DNA of 64,000 nucleotides from positions 4,057-68,056 of the forward strand of contig DASPUI010000116.1 of NCBI GenBank assembly GCA_035622995.1, read 5' to 3'. Below are positions 1 through 6,840 of this stretch, piece after piece. The translations under genes were made by a program, and so were the position numbers. The notes under the pieces were generated by a model. That model had not been told where the DNA came from and searched no databases. It saw nothing but the letters and a program-made list of their open reading frames with translations. Source of the DNA: Chthoniobacterales bacterium (GTDB lineage Bacteria; Verrucomicrobiota; Verrucomicrobiia; Chthoniobacterales; UBA10450). Each line of letters begins with the position of its first letter. The stretch's first letter is position 1.

Positions 1-158
1 TCGCCCAGGCTCGATCCACGATTCGATTCGATCTCACAAAGCCCATCATTCAACACAATTCTATCCGATCTGGCCGCAGCCGTGGCCCGACTCGGGCGGC
101 AATCGTCGGCCGCTTCACCCGTGACGAATTAATTCAACTACAAGTGAGAACAACCCCC

Positions 159-521
159 ATGAACAGGACCTGGCAGCTAAAAAAAGATCGAAGGGATGCC
201 GCGGTGGCGTTCCTGCAGCAGACAATTGTTAACCCCGATGTTCGTTCCGCCGTGCTGAAAGATAGACAAGCGGCGCGTCGCCTCTTCGGGACAATCGGTA
301 AAATCGACATCCCCGAAGATGCCGAAGTGATTTGCGTCGGACCCAGCACGCAAGAGCGCGATCGCTTGATTGTCTTCGTGTTGCCGCCGGAAGGCACGTC
401 GCCTGAACATCTCGACGCCTTCAAGTACTGGATCGGAACCTGGTATCCATATCAACTCGATCCCGTGCCTTCGTCTCCAACAAGGAGTCAAAGGCATTGC
501 GAACTCGCCGAAGCCGTTTGA
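159..521 (+). CDS. Small protein with an NHLP (nitrile-hydratase-leader-peptide)-like N-terminal region and a Trp/Tyr-rich C-terminal tail; possible RiPP-type precursor or NHase-alpha-fold protein
   Basis: The tracked ORF 144..521 starts at GTG; the in-frame ATG at 159 is preferred. The pattern NPDVRSAVLKDRQAA ... IPEDAEVICV ... LIVFVLPPEG resembles the NHLP leader consensus. The tail reads KYWIGTWYPYQLDPVPSSPTRSQRHCELAEAV. The 3' end overlaps the convergent peroxidase gene by 34 nt. Confidence 0.5.
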   Translation: MNRTWQLKKDRRDAAVAFLQQTIVNPDVRSAVLKDRQAARRLFGTIGKIDIPEDAEVICVGPSTQERDRLIVFVLPPEGTSPEHLDAFKYWIGTWYPYQLDPVPSSPTRSQRHCELAEAV

Positions 522-1927
522 AAAAACGGGACCAGTCGGAAGAGTTCCGATAGTCCATAAATTCTGGTCCGCTCATCTGGTAAATTCCAGATGGGCGGGA
601 GGCCTTCCAAATCCGGCTGGTTGAGATACGACTCCGGATCTGATCGTAGCGCGCCATGAATCGTCTCAGCGACCAGAATACTGCCGGTCGGTCCAAGACG
701 GTTCCCGTTCTCCCGGACCTCGGATTCTTTTAATATATAATACCAGAGCGGTGTCTGATCGAGAAGGTCGGCATCGCGAAGAATTTGACCTTGCTCGGAC
801 TTTTGTCCGTCGACATTTCTTTCCAAATCGAAATCCGTCAATACATCCTGACCGAATGCACGCGCGGCGATCTGACCCGAAGGCAGATGCAGGCCAGCTC
901 CCCGAAGTAGAGTCCGCACGGTTAGCTGCGCCGGATGTTTTGAAAATCGAAAATGCGGGCAGGGGATTTCAGGCACGCCGACCAGATCGCCTGGCAGATG
1001 GTGAAGTGGTTCGGACAGTCTCGTGTCGATTGGCCGGGCCGTAACCGCGCCTCCGTCGGCGGCACCTTGGAAGAAAAATCCCCAGTTTAGCTCCTGACGT
1101 TGGACGAGCGGGCCGCGGTCGGTTGTCCGGCCGAAAATTTTTCCGAACAGCATGTCGTTTCCGAACGCGAACATGTAATTCGGACGCACCATTGCATGGC
1201 CGAAACGCATCGCGGCCGCCGAAAACTCGATCGGAATGGAAAATCGATCCCAATCGATCGTCGATTTTCCGTCTCTGAAAACTTTGTTATAAACATCAAG
1301 ATTCAGCAGCGTTGGTAGATAATCGTGACAGACCAGCCATTGAAATTGGCGTTGCGTTTGCCGTCGAGCGCGCTCGAACAATTTCGAGGGGTCGGTTATT
1401 TCGCTTTCAAATTGGTCCACCGCGAAGTTGTGCAGCTGCGCGAAGACAGCAGTCATTTGGCGAAGGATCAAATTCTCGGCATTCCGTTCGTCTCCCAAAA
1501 TGCGTTCCCCCTGCGCACCGGTGCAGATGTCCAATCCTTTGTCCGATGATTGCGCAGATCCGACTCGAAGCCGGACTTGATCGTTTTCATAGAGGTCAGG
1601 CGAGACGGCTGGTCCGCGGCCGTACAATGAATCAAGATCGAGGCGCGGAGTTCGCAGGTTTTGGAGCTGTTCCGGCTCCTTCTTCCACGCTTCGTCGATC
1701 GAGCTTGCGTCCTTCGTGAGATCGTGGGCGATGAATTGGCCAAAGTAGGTATAGCCACAATCCGCCAAAATTTCGGGCCGGTTGTTTGAGACGCGCGATC
1801 CGTCATCAATCATTGCGCGACCGAGCGCAGTCAGGTTTCGGCAATAGAGATCGACGTCGGTCGGAAGCGAGCAGGGCGGAAAGAGTCGACAATATCGATC
1901 AGTCGCCGATTCGCGAAACGGCTTCAT
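488..1927 (-). CDS. Animal-type heme peroxidase family protein (peroxidase-cyclooxygenase superfamily), short bacterial form
   Basis: 479-aa ORF carrying the family hallmark blocks: distal His YFGQFIAHDLT, Ca-site-like RLDLDSLYG, ERNAENL...QLHNFAV, and proximal His AAMRFGHAMV. No N-terminal signal peptide is visible. Confidence 0.85.
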   Translation of the reverse strand: MKPFRESATDRYCRLFPPCSLPTDVDLYCRNLTALGRAMIDDGSRVSNNRPEILADCGYTYFGQFIAHDLTKDASSIDEAWKKEPEQLQNLRTPRLDLDSLYGRGPAVSPDLYENDQVRLRVGSAQSSDKGLDICTGAQGERILGDERNAENLILRQMTAVFAQLHNFAVDQFESEITDPSKLFERARRQTQRQFQWLVCHDYLPTLLNLDVYNKVFRDGKSTIDWDRFSIPIEFSAAAMRFGHAMVRPNYMFAFGNDMLFGKIFGRTTDRGPLVQRQELNWGFFFQGAADGGAVTARPIDTRLSEPLHHLPGDLVGVPEIPCPHFRFSKHPAQLTVRTLLRGAGLHLPSGQIAARAFGQDVLTDFDLERNVDGQKSEQGQILRDADLLDQTPLWYYILKESEVRENGNRLGPTGSILVAETIHGALRSDPESYLNQPDLEGLPPIWNLPDERTRIYGLSELFRLVPFFQTASASSQCL

Positions 1928-2290
1928 CGATGGCGATCCATTTTCATCCTCTTTCTACGGAATTGTTCGGTTGAAGTTTCGGTAATGACTCGTGTTTTTT
2001 GAGAAATCGGACGCGGGAATGGCCAACCGGTTAGCCAAGTCGTGAGCATCGGCGGACGGGAGAAATCCCGTTGTGTTAGACAAAGGGCTTTTGTTTAATT
2101 CTCGTTAGGGCGAATACTGCTTCCAGCGATCACGTCGGAAAAGGTTAGCCAAACGATGCCGCCAACGCAGAGAATGTTGATGTTGGATGTAGCCAGCAGA
2201 GGATCCCATGACTTATCTCTTTGTCGTTATGCGGACTCAAGCTAAGCCGATTCCAAGCAGTCGTGCTAACCCTGCACTCATGAAAGCGAA

Positions 2291-2890
2291 ATGATGGCCA
2301 ATTCTGATTCTCACATAACGATTCACATGGCGGCGAGCCTCGATGGCTTCATTGCTCGAAAGGACGGACGCGTCGACTGGCTTGAGACCTCAGACGAATT
2401 CGCAGGCGGAGACACCATGGATCCGGAATCCGTCGACGCCTTCCTAAAAACAATCGATTGCTACGTCATGGGGTCGCGAACTTATGAGACCGCATTGAGT
2501 TTTGAAGCCCAGGGGTTGGGGTGGTCGTACGGCAACAAACCCACTTTCGTCCTCACTAGTCGCGAGCTGCCGCGGACTAGGGATACGATCGAATTTTACT
2601 CAGGCGATCTCGCGCAGTTCGTGAACCGGCGGTTGCGGCCGAAGTTCCGAAATATCTGGTTTGTTGGGGGCGGCATGGTTTCGGGCGAATGCCTTCGTCT
2701 AAGGCTAGCCGACGAAATTCGTTATTCGATCCTGCCGATCTTGATCGGCGACGGGATTCCATTCTTCGAGAAGCTCGACCGAGAGGTCGCCCTCCATTTG
2801 CTGGAGGTCAGAGCGTACAACAGTGGCACAGTGGAGCTTCGTTACGAGGTGCGAGGCCGTCGCGACGAGTTACGGAACGCCAGCACCTGA
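2291..2890 (+). CDS. Dihydrofolate reductase-like (RibD C-terminal domain) family protein
   Basis: 199 aa. ITIHMAASLDGFIARKDGRVDWL, CYVMGSRTYE and IWFVGGG blocks are typical of the RibD_C/DHFR-like family. Confidence 0.8.
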   Translation: MMANSDSHITIHMAASLDGFIARKDGRVDWLETSDEFAGGDTMDPESVDAFLKTIDCYVMGSRTYETALSFEAQGLGWSYGNKPTFVLTSRELPRTRDTIEFYSGDLAQFVNRRLRPKFRNIWFVGGGMVSGECLRLRLADEIRYSILPILIGDGIPFFEKLDREVALHLLEVRAYNSGTVELRYEVRGRRDELRNAST

Positions 2891-2924
2891 TCACTCGCTC
2901 CAGCCTACGAAAAATTATCCAATT

Positions 2925-4328
2925 ATGGCCAGGCGTCGGCGTTCAGGATTTTTAGAGAGGTTCCAGACGCACGCCTTCACCTCGGTCGACATTGCGTCAC
3001 TGGCCTTCTTCCGGATTTTTTTTGGCCTCCTGGTTGCATGGAGGGTGCAACGCGTTTGGACTCACGATCAAATCAATCAGGTTTGGATCAATCCCCGTTT
3101 TCTATTCAAATATTGTGGATTTTTTTGGGTCCATCCTTGGCCGGGGCACTGGCTTTATGCTCACTGGATTTTGCTTGGGATTCTGGCGTTATTTATCGCG
3201 GCCGGTTTCTTCTACCGGATCAGCGCTGTGCTCTTTTTCCTGAGCCAGACCTATTTTTTTCTGCTCGAGCAAGGAGCGTACGTAAATCACTACTATCTGA
3301 TTTGTCTTTTCGGCTTTCTTTTCATCTTCGTTCCGGCAAATCGCGCGTTCTCGGTTGACGCTTGGCTCTTCCCGTCGGTGCGAGCGGAGACTGCGCCAGC
3401 GTGGAACCTCTGGTTGATGCGAACGCAAATGGGAGTGGTTTATTTTTTCGCCGGCGTGGCGAAAGTTTCACCAGACTGGCTCCGCGGAGAACCAATGCGT
3501 GGAGTGCTGGCCCGAAGCGACGTCTTTCCATTTCTGCACAATTTTTTTCAGGGAAACCTTGCAGGTTATCTCGCAAGTTACGCTTCGCTTTCTCTCGATT
3601 TGTTCATTGTGCCCTTGCTCCTTTGGCGCCGGACTCGGCTGGTGGCCTTTTTTTTGGCGGTCTGCTTTCATGTTTTGAACGCGCGCATGTTCCCCATCGA
3701 CATTTTTCCATGGCTCGGAATCGCAGGCACGACTCTGTTTCTCTCGCCGAGCTGGCCGCGGCGGATTTTCCGTTTTCTGCCCCAATCAGTAGCCACTTGT
3801 GCGGTCAAAACGATTGTTCCTTCAAAACGAAAGCGGCTTGCGACCCTGCTCTTCGCCGGGACTTATGCCGCGATTCAAGTTCTGGTTCCTCTCCGTCACT
3901 TCCTTTATCCGGGCGGCGTCGAGTGGACCTATATGGAGCATCGTTTTAGCTGGCAAATGCTCCTTCGGAACCGAAGGACGATCACGTTTTTTTACATTAC
4001 CGATCCGAACAATGGCGAAACGTACCAGATTCAGCCTGGCCGTTATCTCTCCACGCAGCAGATTTTACACATGGGGTGGCGGCCAGACATGGTTTGGCAG
4101 TTTGCGCAATTCCTCGCCCGCGTGATGCCGCGCGCGGGTCCTGAGCCCCTCAAGGTTGAAGTGCGAATGCTCGTTTCCGTTAACGGACGCAAGCCACAGC
4201 TTTTTCTCGATCCAAATGTCGATTTGGCAGCCGAGCCTTATCCGTTCGTTAGACCACGGTGGCTGCTGCAAGTCCACGAACCGCTCCCACCGATCGGCAC
4301 AGACCAATCGCAGAACGAGTTCGACTAG
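2925..4328 (+). CDS. Vitamin K-dependent gamma-glutamyl carboxylase homologue (HTTM domain plus VKGC lumenal-like C-terminal domain)
   Basis: The longest ORF (from 2823) overlaps the upstream gene, so the ATG at 2925 was chosen. The N-terminal part is a multi-pass membrane HTTM region (DIASLAFFRIFFGLLVAWRV...). The C-terminal block FSWQMLLRNR..ITF.Y.....G......PG..L...Q......PDMVWQFAQFLARV.P......L.V.V...VSVNGRKPQLFLDPNVDLAA.PY.....RWLL aligns by eye with the human GGCX lumenal region (YSWDMMVHSR...PDMLKQYATCLSRLLP...[21 protein letters not shown]...). Confidence 0.85.
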   Translation: MARRRRSGFLERFQTHAFTSVDIASLAFFRIFFGLLVAWRVQRVWTHDQINQVWINPRFLFKYCGFFWVHPWPGHWLYAHWILLGILALFIAAGFFYRISAVLFFLSQTYFFLLEQGAYVNHYYLICLFGFLFIFVPANRAFSVDAWLFPSVRAETAPAWNLWLMRTQMGVVYFFAGVAKVSPDWLRGEPMRGVLARSDVFPFLHNFFQGNLAGYLASYASLSLDLFIVPLLLWRRTRLVAFFLAVCFHVLNARMFPIDIFPWLGIAGTTLFLSPSWPRRIFRFLPQSVATCAVKTIVPSKRKRLATLLFAGTYAAIQVLVPLRHFLYPGGVEWTYMEHRFSWQMLLRNRRTITFFYITDPNNGETYQIQPGRYLSTQQILHMGWRPDMVWQFAQFLARVMPRAGPEPLKVEVRMLVSVNGRKPQLFLDPNVDLAAEPYPFVRPRWLLQVHEPLPPIGTDQSQNEFD

Positions 4329-4350
4329 GCGGCGGCCTGTTAAAGCCCGA

Positions 4351-4719
4351 TCAACCGAGCCGAAAACGGATATCCCGAATGGTCTTTCCTCCGAAACGCT
4401 GTTTCAGCTTTCGTAAAATTTCGATTTTGGAAATCTGCTCAAGCTCGTAGTGGAGCGCCGGTTGAAGAATACGCACGAAGAGCACGCCCTCGCGCAGGGC
4501 GACCGGCGCCGAATGTGCCGCGATAAATTCGCCCACAATTTTGGCCCAGGCATCGATCACTTCTGTTTCTTGCAGGCGTTCTTTCAAACCCAGGCGCTGC
4601 ATCAGCTTCGGCAAAACGACCGCCGGCGATTGCCAGCGATCCGGGGCGGGCAATCTTTCCGGTAATCCGCGCCATTCAGCAACGACGGCGGCGCGGAGAG
4701 AGGGATTCATTTTTAACAT
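4351..4719 (-). CDS. dciA: DUF721/DciA-family protein (putative replicative helicase operator)
   Basis: 122 aa. The size and the core DAWAKIVGEFIAAHSAPVALREGVLFVRILQPALHYELE fit the DUF721 pattern. Confidence 0.7.
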   Translation of the reverse strand: MLKMNPSLRAAVVAEWRGLPERLPAPDRWQSPAVVLPKLMQRLGLKERLQETEVIDAWAKIVGEFIAAHSAPVALREGVLFVRILQPALHYELEQISKIEILRKLKQRFGGKTIRDIRFRLG

Positions 4720-4798
4720 TCCGAGCGAAGTCGACGAATCTGTCGTTGTCGATCAGAAAATCAAAACAGATCGTCTCGACTCTGCCAACGTCCGACTC

Positions 4799-6217
4799 TC
4801 AGTATTTCCGCCGCATGTTGCTCGGCAAAATATTAAGCTCGGTCCGATATTTGGCGACGGTGCGGCGCGCAATCGGGATGCCGCGTTTGCTCAAAATCTC
4901 GACAATCTCTTTGTCGCTCAACGGCGCATTGCCGTCTTCATTTTTCACCAGATCGAGGATCGCTTCTTTCACGCTGGTGTTGCTCATCGATTCGCCGCTC
5001 GCGGTTTGGTAACCGGGGGTGAAAAAATATTTCATCTCGAACACGCCTTGCGGCGTGGACATGTATTTGCCGGAAATGGCGCGGCTGACGGTTGTTTCGT
5101 GAACGCCGACTGCGTCGGCGATTTGAACCATCGTCATTGGTTTCAAAAAGGCCGAGCCCTTGTCGAAAAATTCCCGCTGCCGGCCGACGATTTGATGGGC
5201 GATGTTGGAAATCGTTTGCTGGCGTTGATGGATCGATTTGATCAAGAACTTCCCGCTCCGGATTTTGTCGCGAATGTAATCCTTCACTTCGCTGCCGTTG
5301 GAGTCCTGCGCCATGATATCCTTGTAAGTGTTGCTGATACGCAGATGCGGAATTTGTTCGCCGTTTAAGATGACCTGGTATTCTCCGTTTATTTTTTCGA
5401 CGGTGACGTCTGGCAGGACATAGTTTTTCGGAGCCTCGGCAAAAATTGCACCCGGTCGCGGATCGAGCTGCGCGATGTTATTGGCGCATTTCTGCACCTG
5501 CTCCGCCCCGATGCCCATCCGACGCGCGATCTCAGGGAAGCGGCGCTTGCCCAAATCCGCCATGTGGTCAGAAATAATTTTGTATTCCAGGCTGTTCTGT
5601 CTGCCGTCGCGTTTGAGTTGAATCAGCAAACACTCCCGTAAATCCCGTGCACCCACGCCCGGCGGATGAAAACTCTGGATCAGCGTCAGCATGTGCTCAA
5701 AATCTTCCTGTGCGATGCCGGTGTTGAGCGCCATTTCTTCCGGCGTCGTTTGGAGAAATCCATTGTCGTCGATGTTTCCGATGATCAGCTCTGCCGTCTT
5801 ACGATCGTTCGCGTTTAACACCTGCTGATTGAGTTGCGACATCAAATGTTGTTGAAGTGTCTCCTGGGTCGGGATCGAATCGAAAAAGAATTGGCGCTTG
5901 TCTTCGGCTTCCTGCGAACGTCCGGCGTAGCTGCTCGACTGCGCCATATAATCGCGCCACTCCTCATCGAGCTTGGCCAGCTTGTCGAACTCTTCCTTGA
6001 AATTCTCGTCCGCGCTCGGCTCGGTTTCGACTTTTTCCTCCGGGTTTGGCTCGTCGGCTAACTCTTCCAACACGGGATTGGTTTCCATTTCCTGCTGAAC
6101 CAGATTTCGAAGTTCGAGCAGGGGCGCCTGGAGAATGAGTAAGCTCTGTTGGAGTTGCGGGGCGAGAACTTGTTGCAGAGACAAATTCTGCGTTTGATGC
6201 ATTCCCGGGCCGGCCAT
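4799..6217 (-). CDS. rpoN: RNA polymerase sigma-54 factor
   Basis: 472 aa. It has a Gln/Leu-rich region I (LSLQQVLAPQLQQSLLILQAPLLEL), an acidic region II, a C-terminal HTH and the RpoN box ARRTVAKYR. Confidence 0.95.
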   Translation of the reverse strand: MAGPGMHQTQNLSLQQVLAPQLQQSLLILQAPLLELRNLVQQEMETNPVLEELADEPNPEEKVETEPSADENFKEEFDKLAKLDEEWRDYMAQSSSYAGRSQEAEDKRQFFFDSIPTQETLQQHLMSQLNQQVLNANDRKTAELIIGNIDDNGFLQTTPEEMALNTGIAQEDFEHMLTLIQSFHPPGVGARDLRECLLIQLKRDGRQNSLEYKIISDHMADLGKRRFPEIARRMGIGAEQVQKCANNIAQLDPRPGAIFAEAPKNYVLPDVTVEKINGEYQVILNGEQIPHLRISNTYKDIMAQDSNGSEVKDYIRDKIRSGKFLIKSIHQRQQTISNIAHQIVGRQREFFDKGSAFLKPMTMVQIADAVGVHETTVSRAISGKYMSTPQGVFEMKYFFTPGYQTASGESMSNTSVKEAILDLVKNEDGNAPLSDKEIVEILSKRGIPIARRTVAKYRTELNILPSNMRRKY

Positions 6218-6268
6218 AGGTGGAGTTTACCGATCTCGCGAACGAGAGGCAAGCAGATTACGGGCCGT

Positions 6269-6284
6269 GGGAACGCGACTTGCT
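6269..6284 (+). promoter_or_regulatory. Candidate sigma-54 (-24/-12) promoter upstream of the small secreted protein pair
   Basis: The sequence gGGaACGcgacTTGCt matches the consensus TGGCACG-N4-TTGCW. GG (6270-6271) and GC (6282-6283) have canonical spacing, and 10 of 12 conserved positions match. The element ends 22 nt before the ATG at 6306. Confidence 0.5.
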
Positions 6285-6305
6285 TCGATTTCAACCGGTT
6301 AACCG

Positions 6306-6524
6306 ATGAACCGATATTTTATCTTACTCTCCTTTGCGCTGCTGATTTTCTCCTCGAGCATTGCGCAACCTTCGGATAGCGAACAGCAGCTGCTGGCGCT
6401 GGTTAAGGAAGTCCAGACACAACAGACGCAGATCGCGGACAACCAGGCCAAGATTGACGCCAAACTGGTGGAAGTGGCCGAGGCCGTTCGGTTGGCCAGA
6501 ATCTATTCCAAGCGAGGAAAATAA
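6306..6524 (+). CDS. Small secreted coiled-coil protein, paralogue 1 (hypothetical)
   Basis: 72 aa. It has an N-terminal signal peptide (MNRYFILLSFALLIFSSSIAQ), a heptad-like Gln/Ala/Lys-rich helix, and a C-terminus ARIYSKRGK shared with the next ORF. Confidence 0.6.
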   Translation: MNRYFILLSFALLIFSSSIAQPSDSEQQLLALVKEVQTQQTQIADNQAKIDAKLVEVAEAVRLARIYSKRGK

Positions 6525-6823
6525 TGCGGACGGCAATCTTAGCTATTATTTCAGTTGCCTTTTCGTTCGCGATAACGATGGCCTGCGCGCAGGCGCAGGC
6601 ACCGATCGTTGTCCAAGCTGCATCGGCAGTTCCGGCAGCAACGCCTGTTGCAGCAGTTCCAGCCACCACCGATTCAGCCTCAGCGCAGGCTGCGATCAAG
6701 ATGCTCGAAGAATTGAGATCGAAGAACGAAGAGACGCTGAAAAAACAGGAAGCAACTCTTCAACAACTTGACGAGATCGAGCAAGCGGCACAAGAGCTGA
6801 GGATTTACGCGAAGCGCGGTTAG
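6524..6823 (+). CDS. Small secreted coiled-coil protein, paralogue 2 (hypothetical)
   Basis: 99 aa. It has a signal peptide (MRTAILAIISVAFSFAITMACAQA), an Ala/Pro/Val-rich linker, a coiled-coil segment and the C-terminus ELRIYAKRG. A TAATG 1-nt stop/start overlap joins it to the previous ORF, and a GAGGA sits upstream. Confidence 0.6.
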   Translation: MRTAILAIISVAFSFAITMACAQAQAPIVVQAASAVPAATPVAAVPATTDSASAQAAIKMLEELRSKNEETLKKQEATLQQLDEIEQAAQELRIYAKRG

Positions 6824-6840
6824 TCATCGCCCGCGCGTCC

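Noticed and set aside
1-132. An open frame from the window edge to the TAA at 130-132 (ending ...LAAAVARLGRQSSAASPVTN). It may be the 3' end of an upstream gene.
   Set aside because: Only 43 codons are visible and they carry no recognisable motif, so I cannot support it as a feature. It is mentioned only as context for the left-edge cluster.
2105-2209. A 34-codon minus-strand ORF (MGSSAGYIQHQHSLRWRHRLANLFRRDRWKQYSP) in the 363-nt gap between the peroxidase and DHFR-like genes. The 10-mer GGTTAGCCAA is also repeated at about 2029 and 2143.
   Set aside because: It has no coupling to a neighbouring gene, no motif, and a composition typical of random ORFs. The 10-mer repeat occurs only twice and forms no evident structure.
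4541-5368. Long ORFs antisense to, or frame-shifted within, well-supported genes. Examples: 4541..5368 opposite rpoN; 7603..8238 opposite the EBP; 9276..10046 within the amidohydrolase; 21180..22061 opposite the TPR gene; 28138..28722 opposite leuS; 33396..34181 opposite hisS; 50030..50635; 59595..60266.
   Set aside because: Their translations are Arg/Ala/Gly-rich with no recognisable motifs. Each lies fully inside a gene with strong family signatures. These are typical shadow ORFs of moderately GC-rich DNA.
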